From IMG/VR virus record IMGVR_UViG_3300037882_002000, positions 1 to 59,960 of that record: a stretch of 59,960 nucleotides of DNA; one strand, written 5' to 3'. How positions within the stretch are numbered: position 1 is the stretch's first letter; every line of letters starts with the position of its first letter. Positions 15,593 to 23,992 of the stretch are shown here, in pieces. Origin of the DNA: a virus. The position numbers were made by a program, and so were the translations under genes. A model generated the notes under the pieces. It searched no databases. It was not told where the DNA came from and saw nothing but the letters and a program-made list of their open reading frames with translations.

Positions 15593-15624
15593 CCCACCAG
15601 GTTCAGCCCTTGGTGGGGGTTTTT
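15593..15624 (+). terminator. plus-strand-oriented intrinsic terminator inside the minus-strand operon
   Basis: CCCACCAGG / CC(T)TGGTGGG stem with a 6-nt loop, followed by GGTTTTT on the plus strand only. On the minus strand no U-tract follows the hairpin. Confidence 0.45.
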
Positions 15625-15626
15625 GC

Positions 15627-16364
15627 TTATATCCCCTGCGAAGGGGAATTTCTGAGTAAACGAATTCTGTCCTCTATCGCCATTTCTACGATCTCCACGT
15701 CCTGGCTACTGATTTGGTGTTTCCAGTTACGGATGGAAAAGTACAATTCCATCAACCAAGTGAGTTCAGATTCGTCGATTACTTCCGATCTTGGCTCCGG
15801 TACCTTAGAAGTTTCTGAGGCAGGTTGGTTGATTCCGTAATCAAACGTTAACCGCTCCACCACCTCCTCAACTTTATCATCACACTTAAGTTGCGGGCTC
15901 TCTATCAATAGACGCTTCACTTGATCGAGAGTGTAGAGCTTCCGGTTTCCTGCCTTCTGTTTTGGTTTGATACCTAATAAAGACAAACCCCTTGAGACAC
16001 TTGAGGCAGTCATTCCTATCGCGTTTGCGATCTCAGTTTGGGTATATCCGACCATAGCCACTAACTCCTCGCCATCATCCTGGGTGAGTTCATCACGTAG
16101 TTCACTTGCTAATGGCGGTAGATCCGTGATCACCTCAATGAAATCCTCCTGCTGCCCTTCAGTGAGTGAATCAGTTACAATACCACTTCGCGCGTTCACT
16201 GTGAATTTTTGGCCTTTCCACCCACCAGCGGTTACCCTCACGGTGGCGACCTCGCCAAATGACGGCCCATGCACATACTCCACTATACAGGGCGTATCCT
16301 CGTGCCGTAACTTACCTATCACCCCTACTCTTAGAGGTTCACCTTCCAGCCAATTCTTTATCAT
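15627..16364 (-). CDS. HTH DNA-binding protein (245 aa)
   Basis: The central segment GYTQTEIANAIGMTASSVSRGLSLLGIK is a clear helix-turn-helix. The flanking domains are unknown. Confidence 0.65.
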   Translation of the reverse strand: MIKNWLEGEPLRVGVIGKLRHEDTPCIVEYVHGPSFGEVATVRVTAGGWKGQKFTVNARSGIVTDSLTEGQQEDFIEVITDLPPLASELRDELTQDDGEELVAMVGYTQTEIANAIGMTASSVSRGLSLLGIKPKQKAGNRKLYTLDQVKRLLIESPQLKCDDKVEEVVERLTFDYGINQPASETSKVPEPRSEVIDESELTWLMELYFSIRNWKHQISSQDVEIVEMAIEDRIRLLRNSPSQGI

Positions 16365-16384
16365 AATCTACTCCACGTTTTTGA

Positions 16385-17638
16385 TTAAGGGTGTTCCGCC
16401 TCACACTCAATGGCGTGGGCTTGCTCGATGATCTTGATGGCTTCCTTTTTGTCGGACTTCAGTAAGGCCCCAAAAAGCTCCTTGTTTGCTTCAATGGTCT
16501 CTGTCCGCTCCTTCCGGCTGTCGGTAGAGGCGAGTACATTCAGAAGCTCCTGGCCAGCTTCCACTGCATTATCGAACGTCATTAGGTTCTGCATTTCCTC
16601 GGCGGGCATGAATGGAATAGCTAACTGGCCACTCCACTCACCCATCCCGCCTGGTTTCTCCTCCTCATTTGAGGTCGAAGAAACTGACATATCCCCACCA
16701 TCAGACGGAATATCGTTGGTTTCAACTACAGTAGCCTCACCGTCTACGGTCTTGCCCTCCTTGGCTTCCCGCTCGGCTTTTAGCGCATCATCCCAGGCTT
16801 TGCCCTTCTCTTGATCGGCGGGTTTCTGGTTGAGGTCGTAGCTCTCGTTGTCAATAGCGTCCAGGGAAGCCACCACAGAGGCGAAAGGTATCTTGGTGGA
16901 GCGGCGCACTACCGTCTTGATGATTTGCTCTGAGAGCCACTCATTCCAGACGCTATCGGTGCGGGCTTTGGAGCGGATCTTATTGATATCCTCCGTGGAT
17001 ATCCTTTCCAGCTTGGCGTAGTACCTTCCGCCCTTAGTGTAGCTCAGGTAACAGTAAGCTCCGATCAGCCTAGCTTTGTAATCGACACCTTGTGGGAACG
17101 GGGTGTTGACGTTGTGGTGGTAACTGTCAACTCCATTTTCTCTACTTACAGAGAACTCTTCCCCCTCAAATACCATACCCACCTGAAAGTCAGCGGTAGA
17201 GTTGAACTCACACACCCGGTTGATATACCCTTTGTATCCTGGAGTGAACCGCGCCTCAAATTTCTCGCGCACCAAGTACGCAAGCCCGCGACCGTCAATG
17301 GGAATCCCGTGCTGGATACTGTCTCTGATCGCATTAGCGATACTGCGCGGCGTGCAATCCCATAGCGCCACCCCACTCTTCTTATCGCGGTCGGACTTCT
17401 GGAGGATGGAGACCACCCCGGAAATACAGGCTTCAACGGTGCCTTGGCGATCTTTCCCCACAATCTTCAATATCCGTGAGATAGTGCCGTCGGCCAGTAG
17501 GAACTTGTGAATAGCCGCTATCGCGTCTTCCTTCTTCACCGTCGCATCGAACGACCTTTTGTTGTCCTGCGCCTGGTTCTCTTCCCTGCGCGCTTTCTCT
17601 TCGGGAGTTTCCGGCTTATACTTTGGTTTGGCGTTCAT
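16385..17638 (-). CDS. recT: RecT-family single-strand annealing protein with an acidic C-terminal extension
   Basis: CTPRSIANAIRDSIQHGIPIDGRGLAYLVREKFEARFTPGYKGYINRV...GAYCYL matches the RecT family pattern. ATG 17638 lies 2 nt after the exonuclease stop. The track ORF start at 17689 lies inside the upstream gene. Confidence 0.75.
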   Translation of the reverse strand: MNAKPKYKPETPEEKARREENQAQDNKRSFDATVKKEDAIAAIHKFLLADGTISRILKIVGKDRQGTVEACISGVVSILQKSDRDKKSGVALWDCTPRSIANAIRDSIQHGIPIDGRGLAYLVREKFEARFTPGYKGYINRVCEFNSTADFQVGMVFEGEEFSVSRENGVDSYHHNVNTPFPQGVDYKARLIGAYCYLSYTKGGRYYAKLERISTEDINKIRSKARTDSVWNEWLSEQIIKTVVRRSTKIPFASVVASLDAIDNESYDLNQKPADQEKGKAWDDALKAEREAKEGKTVDGEATVVETNDIPSDGGDMSVSSTSNEEEKPGGMGEWSGQLAIPFMPAEEMQNLMTFDNAVEAGQELLNVLASTDSRKERTETIEANKELFGALLKSDKKEAIKIIEQAHAIECEAEHP

Positions 17639-17640
17639 GA

Positions 17641-18528
17641 TTATCCCCTGAAGCGGCTTAATACAACGTGATCGTCCTGCGGCATCCAATCTTTGTCAGT
17701 GCCGTATTGTTTCATGCAGCGCAGGTACTCCGCTTGGGCGTGGCGGATAATACCAGCAGCTTCCGCTCTGTCTTCGTCATCGATCTCAGCGGCAGTCACT
17801 GCGTGTGGAAACCTGGAAAGCTGGAACACAAACTTTACCGGCAGGTAGGTGTCTGAGGCCAGGTAGGTTTTGACAAATTCCTTATCAAAAGAGCCGTACA
17901 CCCCAGCTTCTTTCTTCTTTATCGCCTCCCTCAAGGTAGTAAACCCGTCGGCGTACAGAGCGTCCTGAACGTGGTAGCCGTACTGCTTTACTTCCCGGTA
18001 AAGGGCTTGGTTGGAAAGCCCCCGGCTGGTGGTCTTGTAGTCAGTCACTCCGAAGGACTTCATGTAGTCCGCCTTGCTCCGCATCATCAAGCCGCTGTCT
18101 TTATCCCGCCACACCATCACCACTTCGGGCGCACCGTACTGGAATAGTTGGTGGATCTTCGGGCTGCGCTTTAGAATCTCGATGCTGTCCACCATTTTGT
18201 CGTAGTCAGGCCGCTTTATCATTTCCGCGCCCTTCTTCCACGGCTCACCCGGCTGCACGGTGTACCGCTCTTTGAATTGTTCCGGCTGGAGGAATAGAGT
18301 ATGGAAGGCCGTCCCCTCCCTCATCGCTGGCGTGGGCTTCTTTAGTCTGCGCTTCGGTGACATCCAGCTTGCGTACCAGTATTCCGCCGGTGATTCAGCC
18401 AGAGCCAGAATATCGGTGCGAGAGAGCGCTGGATCGTTGAAATAAAGCTCATCCCGCAAGCCGAAGTATAACCCAGCCTTTAGCGGCTTCCCGTCCTTGG
18501 TAAAGGGATTTTCTGGCTCACTCATCAC
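17641..18528 (-). CDS. PD-(D/E)XK exonuclease (RecE / exodeoxyribonuclease VIII C-terminal-domain type)
   Basis: GTAFHTLFLQPEQFKERY...PEVVMVWRDKDSGLMMRSKADYM...VTDYKTT...YGYHVQDALYADG matches the PDDEXK exonuclease VIII-like family. It is paired with recT immediately downstream. Confidence 0.8.
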   Translation of the reverse strand: MMSEPENPFTKDGKPLKAGLYFGLRDELYFNDPALSRTDILALAESPAEYWYASWMSPKRRLKKPTPAMREGTAFHTLFLQPEQFKERYTVQPGEPWKKGAEMIKRPDYDKMVDSIEILKRSPKIHQLFQYGAPEVVMVWRDKDSGLMMRSKADYMKSFGVTDYKTTSRGLSNQALYREVKQYGYHVQDALYADGFTTLREAIKKKEAGVYGSFDKEFVKTYLASDTYLPVKFVFQLSRFPHAVTAAEIDDEDRAEAAGIIRHAQAEYLRCMKQYGTDKDWMPQDDHVVLSRFRG

Positions 18529-18836
18529 GACCTCAGGAGATCGAGGTACTTCGGGAGTTTATCCTTCCACTTCTCACTAATTTCAAGGATCACGCCCTCA
18601 ATACTCCCACTACGCGGCCATGACACCTTCACCTCTACAACATCAGCGGTGGTGCCATTAGCCACTTTATTCCCGATCTTGTGTAGCGCGGCTTCAGCAG
18701 CGATCTTAAAAAGGGTATCGGTAGGCGGCACCGTACCCTCACCATCATTCACCTCTATCATCTCCTCCACCTGCGCTTTGGTGAAGATGAGAAATCTGTG
18801 CTTCAGAGAATTGTGGGAGATTGTATTATTGGTCAT
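18525..18836 (-). CDS. hypothetical protein, first gene of the leftward early operon (103 aa from ATG 18836)
   Basis: The track ORF begins at a TTG (18902). ATG 18836 leaves a 125-bp AT-rich divergent control region. Confidence 0.6.
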   Translation of the reverse strand: MTNNTISHNSLKHRFLIFTKAQVEEMIEVNDGEGTVPPTDTLFKIAAEAALHKIGNKVANGTTADVVEVKVSWPRSGSIEGVILEISEKWKDKLPKYLDLLRS

Positions 18837-18961
18837 TTGCTGCCTGCCATTTAAAAGTTTTCCACCATCTTTGTAAATAATTGCATTCCTAACGAATAAC
18901 AAGTAGAAAATTTTCTGTGGATATATTGTAAATCATCAACACCTTAAAAGAGGAATCTACC
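18837..18961. promoter_or_regulatory. divergent early promoter/operator region
   Basis: AT-rich 125-bp gap between oppositely oriented operons. A leftward sigma70-like candidate reads TTGTTA-17-TATTTA (plus coordinates 18874..18902). The octamer TTGTAAAT occurs twice (18871..18878 and 18926..18933). Confidence 0.5.
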
Positions 18962-19552
18962 ATGCCAAATACAATCCCAGAAGATAACGACGATGACTTT
19001 GTGAGTGGAGACCTTCCATCAGTCACCCCGCCCCTGCCAGAAGGCGCAGGAGAAGGAGAAGGCGGCACCGTGATCAGTAAGGTTACCCATCAGTCAGATG
19101 CTACCCTGTTGAAGCTCCAGGAGGATTCTCCCGCCGGTACTCATGCCGTCATCAGGAAGGCTATAGCGGAGATTGAGGGTTACATCCTACAGAGGAAAGC
19201 CATTAACGCTTCCATTAAAGCTGTGTTCAATAAACTGAAAGAGCACAAGATCGATGCCGGTCCAGTGAAGTTCGTGATCAAGCAGCGTGCGCTGGAACTC
19301 GAATACCGGAACGCATTTGATATGACTGTGCGCCTGGTGCGGAATGCTCTTGGCGAGGCTCAACTGTGGTTGCTTGGCGATGATAAGAAAGACCCTGATA
19401 GCAACGTGGAGCCACTCCCAGAAAAGGCGAAAAAGTCTAAAGGTAAGATCCTTGGTGCTGCTACTGGTAATCCAGAAGCGAAGAAGGCGGCACTAGCGAA
19501 GGGTAAAGGTAGGGCTGTAAAGCTCTCCCAGTTCGCCTCTCGCGCTCACTAA
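18962..19552 (+). CDS. GapR/DUF2312-like DNA-binding protein with acidic N-terminal and Lys-rich C-terminal tails
   Basis: IRKAIAEIEGYILQRKAINASIKAVFNKLKEHKIDAGPVKFVIKQRALE...VRLVRNALGE follows the GapR pattern I recall (LKSIIDRVERLE..IKEVYAEAKGNGFDVK.LKKVV..R...LDLYL.ALG). Confidence 0.5.
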   Translation: MPNTIPEDNDDDFVSGDLPSVTPPLPEGAGEGEGGTVISKVTHQSDATLLKLQEDSPAGTHAVIRKAIAEIEGYILQRKAINASIKAVFNKLKEHKIDAGPVKFVIKQRALELEYRNAFDMTVRLVRNALGEAQLWLLGDDKKDPDSNVEPLPEKAKKSKGKILGAATGNPEAKKAALAKGKGRAVKLSQFASRAH

Positions 19553-20137
19553 ATGACACTGATACCGACCAGGACGATCTCACTGGATATCGGCACTCAC
19601 CTCGGTTGGGCTGAAGCCCTTGACGGTGTGATTGTCCGGTCGGGCACGATACTCGTAAAAGACACCAACGATCGGTGGGGAAAGGCCATGGTGAACCTAT
19701 GGGACTTCCTCACCCGCCTGGTCTACGACTCCGACCGTGCGAACTACACCCTGGAATTCGCATACGAAATAGTCAACTTCCACAAAAGCGTACACTCTGC
19801 TCACGCCTACGGGCGTATTCTCGGCCAGATAGAGAAGTTCACTGAGGTAGGCGGCTGGGCGTTCACCAGTTATAATGTAGGAAAGATTAAGCAGATATTT
19901 ACCGGTCGCGGTAATGCTAAGAAACTCGATATCTGCCAGCGGTGCCACGAGTTAGGGTGGCAGGGCGGTAAGGTCGGGACTGATAACGATAACGACGAGG
20001 CCGACGCGGTGGCCATCTTGTTTGTTCACCTCGAAGCGCGCAACGAAACCGCTACTTTCGCAGAGGAACAAAAGCATGACTACGAGTGGGGAAGGTCAAA
20101 GCCTGGAGGCCTCGAAGCCTACGGCGGTACTTGGTAA
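19553..20137 (+). CDS. RuvC-like Holliday junction resolvase
   Basis: ISLDIGTHLGWA (first Asp), FAYEIV (Glu) and DNDEADAVAILFVHLE (terminal acidic pair) fit the RuvC-fold catalytic arrangement. Confidence 0.65.
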   Translation: MTLIPTRTISLDIGTHLGWAEALDGVIVRSGTILVKDTNDRWGKAMVNLWDFLTRLVYDSDRANYTLEFAYEIVNFHKSVHSAHAYGRILGQIEKFTEVGGWAFTSYNVGKIKQIFTGRGNAKKLDICQRCHELGWQGGKVGTDNDNDEADAVAILFVHLEARNETATFAEEQKHDYEWGRSKPGGLEAYGGTW

Positions 20138-20267
20138 ACTAACATTCGCATTCCCGGACAATCTCGTGATGTCCATGACTTCCCACGCTGAGGACGGAGT
20201 TAAATACGTCACCATCAACTTCGTACCCGCTTCAGGTGCACCACCTGAGGATAACCTGAAAAATTAG
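20076..20267 (+). CDS. possible small protein (63 aa) overlapping the resolvase 3' end
   Basis: ATG 20076 is preceded by GAGGA. It overlaps the resolvase gene by 62 nt in another frame. Confidence 0.3.
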   Translation: MTTSGEGQSLEASKPTAVLGKLTFAFPDNLVMSMTSHAEDGVKYVTINFVPASGAPPEDNLKN

Positions 20268-20316
20268 CGAAGATGATGCTTGAGTTGTCATAATTTAATG
20301 TTAAATTCCTCCACAT

Positions 20317-20422
20317 GAAGGGCGAGTCGGATTGCTGCCGATGGCCAAAAGCCTCTAGGAATGTTATAGCTGTTTTGTTCATCCACGTTCAATGCACCTT
20401 CCTGGCACCTAGATCGCCCTTC
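20317..20422 (+). other. structured intergenic element (candidate ncRNA, leader or origin)
   Basis: GAAGGGCGA (20317..20325) pairs perfectly with TCGCCCTTC (20414..20422). TCTAGG (20354..20359) pairs with CCTAGA (20408..20413) and stacks directly on the first helix. Small hairpins TCGG-N7-CCGA and GGC-N5-GCC lie between them. Confidence 0.4.
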
Positions 20423-20459
20423 TACAAATTAAACGTGGAATCAAAAACGTGGAGATCAC

Positions 20460-20804
20460 ATGATAAAACTTACCTTAGCCCAATACCGCACTCTTACGCG
20501 CACCGAGAAGAACAGCTACATCGATCGCGCGATCTTTGATAAACCCCCTTCCGGTGTAGATTACGCTGTCCAGGTAGCCACCGCCATGACACTCCTACGG
20601 GATCTCCATGATAAGGCGACTGAACGCCCAGGGCAGCGACGAGAGCAGTGGATGAGCCTTGTCCGCTACCTCTTCAACCCCTTTGAGAGGAACTCGCGTG
20701 TATCGCGTCTGGAGCAGGCTTTCACTAAAAACCCCGCCTCCATAGCGGCTGTAATCTTCGAGGCGTACCTGATTGTGACGGAAGGAGTGATTAACAATGG
20801 ATAA
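20460..20804 (+). CDS. hypothetical protein (114 aa)
   Basis: ATG is preceded by GGAG. It is the first gene after the structured spacer. Confidence 0.7.
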   Translation: MIKLTLAQYRTLTRTEKNSYIDRAIFDKPPSGVDYAVQVATAMTLLRDLHDKATERPGQRREQWMSLVRYLFNPFERNSRVSRLEQAFTKNPASIAAVIFEAYLIVTEGVINNG

Positions 20805-21786
20805 TATTCCCGGAGTTATCCACAGTCACGATATTTTAAAATCTCTTTTGAGCGAAAATATCTTCCAGAAGCGCGGAGATTGGTTGGCCGCGTACATAGA
20901 TTTTATTGTTCTAGCATCGCCGGATGGTAGGCTTGAGGTGTCGAGTGCAAAGATGAAATATATATGGGAGAGGTGGGGCCTCACTCATAAAATGACCTAC
21001 AAACTCTTCACGGATTTAATAGAAAATAAATTACTAACGGTAGTTAGTAAAAAAAGCCGTAATGGAGTATGGGTGTTAATAATTCCCGAAATATATCGAG
21101 GAAAGAAAATATCCGAAGTAGGAATAAACAAAACACAACCACTTCCGCGCTCCGCCTCGAATATGAACGGAGGCGTATATAACACGGAACAAAGCGGCGG
21201 TAAACCAGGTGGCTACTCCAAATCTCAAAAACCCTCTAAGAGCCGCACCACTCCTAAGGTTGAACTGATAGTTAATGAGGAACCACCCGCGCGACCCCCC
21301 TCAAGCCCGCAGAAACTGGTAGATGAATTCTTGGTGTTATTCACAGGTTTACCAACAGACTTATCCCCTACTAAGGTATTGAAAGAGGGGGGGAGTAAGA
21401 GGGGGGGAGTCTTCTTCGGAGAGAATAACCTTCCTACAGAGATAGATGGAACTGAGGTAGAAGATCTACAACAACCTAAAATTAAAAATAAAAAATCCAA
21501 ATACGAGTTCGTACATCCAGAGACCGGTCAAACAAGATTTCTGATGCACCCGCCGCAGGAGTACCAATTCATCGGCAAGAAAATAAATATTTTATATCGT
21601 GACTACATGGAAAACTTCGTGCAAGTTTACCCATACTTTGAACGTGGGGACCAGATGATGCAGTTTATAAAATGGTTTGACGACCAGCTAACCAAGCGGC
21701 CAGAAGACAAGCAAAAGAACTGGTGGAATGAGCTTCACGCGATTTTGAAAAAGAAGAACATGGCGGCGTTTTCCGACCATGGTTGA
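20797..21786 (+). CDS. hypothetical protein (329 aa), possible replication-initiation/DNA-binding protein
   Basis: AAGGAG RBS. It has a winged-helix-like N-terminal third and a low-complexity Pro/Ser/Lys linker, and sits directly upstream of the primase-helicase. The function is assigned by position only. Confidence 0.7.
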   Translation: MDNIPGVIHSHDILKSLLSENIFQKRGDWLAAYIDFIVLASPDGRLEVSSAKMKYIWERWGLTHKMTYKLFTDLIENKLLTVVSKKSRNGVWVLIIPEIYRGKKISEVGINKTQPLPRSASNMNGGVYNTEQSGGKPGGYSKSQKPSKSRTTPKVELIVNEEPPARPPSSPQKLVDEFLVLFTGLPTDLSPTKVLKEGGSKRGGVFFGENNLPTEIDGTEVEDLQQPKIKNKKSKYEFVHPETGQTRFLMHPPQEYQFIGKKINILYRDYMENFVQVYPYFERGDQMMQFIKWFDDQLTKRPEDKQKNWWNELHAILKKKNMAAFSDHG

Positions 21787-21813
21787 ATCAAAAAAATATA
21801 ACGCGGGGACTTC

Positions 21814-23577
21814 ATGCCTTTGGCTCTCGAACTTCAAGAACTCGGTATCCAACTCAATTCCACAGGGTACGGCTCCCATAAATCCAAATGCCCAAAGTGC
21901 TGGGAAAGCCGGAAGAATAAGGCGGACGAGAGTCTTTACGTCAACATCAAGATCGAGGACAACAAGGATCGCGCTGCTGTTCGCTGCTACAACTGCGGCT
22001 GGACTGCTGCGGTGCCTAAGGTCTTTCAAGCTACCACCAAATCTGCACCCAAGAAAGTCGCTCAGAAGCCCTACAAGAAGCCGGAGTACGTTCCGCCTAC
22101 TGGAATGGCACAAGTTGCTCTGGATTGGTTCCAGGAGCGCGCTATACCGCCTGCAATCGTGGCCAAGAACAAAATTAAGTATGACACTGCCACCAAAGAA
22201 ATCCAGTTCCCGTATTTCAGCCCCACTGGCGAAGTGGTCAACATCAAGTATCGCAAGCTGGACGAGAAGAAGTTCCGAATGTTCGCAGGGGGGAAGCTGA
22301 TGCTTTATGGGCTTCAGAACCTAAATCCCGACTACGGAACGTGCATTCTCACGGAAGGTGAAAATGATGCTCTAGCCCTTCAGGCCTGCGGCTTCGAGAA
22401 TGTGTTCTCCGTGCCCAACGGTGCAGCGGTTACTGACGGCGATAGCGCACCTAAATTGGAATACTTGGCGAACAGCGAGGATATGCTGAAGGGCTTCAAC
22501 AAGATCTTCCTTTGCTGCGATATGGATGAAGCCGGGCAGTCTCTGGAGTATGAGCTTGCACGCCGCCTGGGTTTTGGTCGTTGTCTACGGGTAGAGCTTC
22601 CCCTCAAGGATGCCAACGAGGTTCTTATGAAGCGCGGTGTCGATGAACTTTGCGCGTACATCCATGAAGCCCAGCCCTTTCCTTTGAGCGGAATCAGTAC
22701 CTGGGCGGATCTGGAGCGTGATGTATTCGCGTTCTACGACGGCGGCGCGCGGCCTGGTCATCCCACCGGCTGGGACAACGTGGACAACTACTACACCGTC
22801 CGCGAAGGTGAGCTTACGGTGGTCACCGGCGTACCGAGTTCGGGTAAATCGGAATTCATTGACGCGCTACTGGTCAACCTCGCAAAGTCTCAAGGCTGGT
22901 GCTTTGGTATCTTCTCCCCGGAGAATATGCCGCTTACCGAGCATATCTCGAAACTATGCTCCAAGTACCTGGAAAAGCCGTACACCAAGAGTTCGTACAC
23001 GCGATTCACCCGCACAGATCTCGCTGAGGCAATGGCATGGGGGCACAGCCACTTCTACCACATCATCCAGCAACAGGTGGAAGACAAGGCCACCATCGAA
23101 TGGATACTGGAGAAAGCCCAGGGGCTGGTCTACCGCTATGGAATCAAGGGACTGGTCATCGACCCTTACAACGAGATCGAGCACAACCGGAAGGGCGGCC
23201 AGAGCGAGACTGAGTACATTTCCGAGATGCTGGCCAAGGTGAAGCGGTTCGCGCGCAGTTTGGATATCCACGTCTGGGTGATCGCCCACCCGGCCAAACC
23301 AAATCACGTTAAGAACACCAAGAACTGGGTGCCGAACCTTTACGATATCTCCGGTGGTGCAAACTGGCGCAACAAGTGCGATGCCGGTATCATCATCCAC
23401 CGGAACGAGAAGAGCGACAACGACCGTGAAGTGAGGGTTATTATCGACAAGATTCGCTTCCGCCAAGTTGGTAAGCGTGGAGAAACTAAGCTGTACTACG
23501 ACCCCTACACCGGCGTTTACAAGGTGCCCGCTGATGAGGGTGTAGTCCGCGACTTTTATGAACCGCAGGAGGATTGA
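21814..23577 (+). CDS. bifunctional DNA primase / DnaB-type replicative helicase (T7 gp4-like organisation)
   Basis: N-terminal zinc finger CPKCW...RCYNCGW, TOPRIM ILTEGENDALAL...DMDEAG, and Walker A VVTGVPSSGKSEF with the DnaB/RecA-type C-terminal motifs (LVIDPYNE, HPAKP). Confidence 0.88.
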   Translation: MPLALELQELGIQLNSTGYGSHKSKCPKCWESRKNKADESLYVNIKIEDNKDRAAVRCYNCGWTAAVPKVFQATTKSAPKKVAQKPYKKPEYVPPTGMAQVALDWFQERAIPPAIVAKNKIKYDTATKEIQFPYFSPTGEVVNIKYRKLDEKKFRMFAGGKLMLYGLQNLNPDYGTCILTEGENDALALQACGFENVFSVPNGAAVTDGDSAPKLEYLANSEDMLKGFNKIFLCCDMDEAGQSLEYELARRLGFGRCLRVELPLKDANEVLMKRGVDELCAYIHEAQPFPLSGISTWADLERDVFAFYDGGARPGHPTGWDNVDNYYTVREGELTVVTGVPSSGKSEFIDALLVNLAKSQGWCFGIFSPENMPLTEHISKLCSKYLEKPYTKSSYTRFTRTDLAEAMAWGHSHFYHIIQQQVEDKATIEWILEKAQGLVYRYGIKGLVIDPYNEIEHNRKGGQSETEYISEMLAKVKRFARSLDIHVWVIAHPAKPNHVKNTKNWVPNLYDISGGANWRNKCDAGIIIHRNEKSDNDREVRVIIDKIRFRQVGKRGETKLYYDPYTGVYKVPADEGVVRDFYEPQED

Positions 23578-23578
23578 T

Positions 23579-23755
23579 ATGGCCGACCCAAAAAAGGAAT
23601 TCACCGAAGGAACCACATGGAGCGACGGTAATGGCCTACTGACCATCACCGCTCCACCGGACGAGAAAGGGTTCGCGTCGTACACCAGGACTGGAAAGTT
23701 CCAGGTAGACAGCCCTTATGGTAAAAAACTTAAACCGTTCAAAAGAAAGGACTAA
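23579..23755 (+). CDS. hypothetical protein (58 aa)
   Basis: ATG 23579 follows AGGAGG and the primase-helicase stop. I judged the longer track ORF (23558) over-extended. Confidence 0.55.
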   Translation: MADPKKEFTEGTTWSDGNGLLTITAPPDEKGFASYTRTGKFQVDSPYGKKLKPFKRKD

Positions 23756-23758
23756 AAC

Positions 23759-23992
23759 GTGGATAAATTACTACAGCACGTCCGGGCGAAAATCGACCTT
23801 CTAAAGATCAAGGAAGGCCGGATTACCACCGCTGCAATGGAGGCGGAACTGAAGCTACCAAAGGCGGAGATCGAGAGGATGCTCACCAAGCTAGGGTATG
23901 AGGAGATCTACATAAAAGCGAGTCCCAGGATAGTTCACAGAATTTGGGTGCCAATCACCCAGGAAAGGCAGGCAGCAAGTGTCAAACGATAA
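23759..23992 (+). CDS. hypothetical protein (77 aa), possible winged-helix DNA-binding protein
   Basis: GTG start embedded in the ACTAAAACGTGGA motif. ITTAAMEAELKLPKAEIERMLTKLG looks HTH-like. Confidence 0.55.
   Translation: MDKLLQHVRAKIDLLKIKEGRITTAAMEAELKLPKAEIERMLTKLGYEEIYIKASPRIVHRIWVPITQERQAASVKR

Noticed and set aside
20315-20539. 74-aa ORF in the structured spacer
   Set aside because: It has no RBS and a Cys/Arg/His-rich composition. It overlaps the well-supported gene starting at 20460 and coincides with the long-range helices. More likely non-coding.
22954-23685. 243-aa minus-strand ORF, and the plus-strand ORFs 21779..22300 and 22718..23242
   Set aside because: They are embedded in the primase-helicase gene, whose own frame carries the zinc-finger, TOPRIM and Walker motifs.
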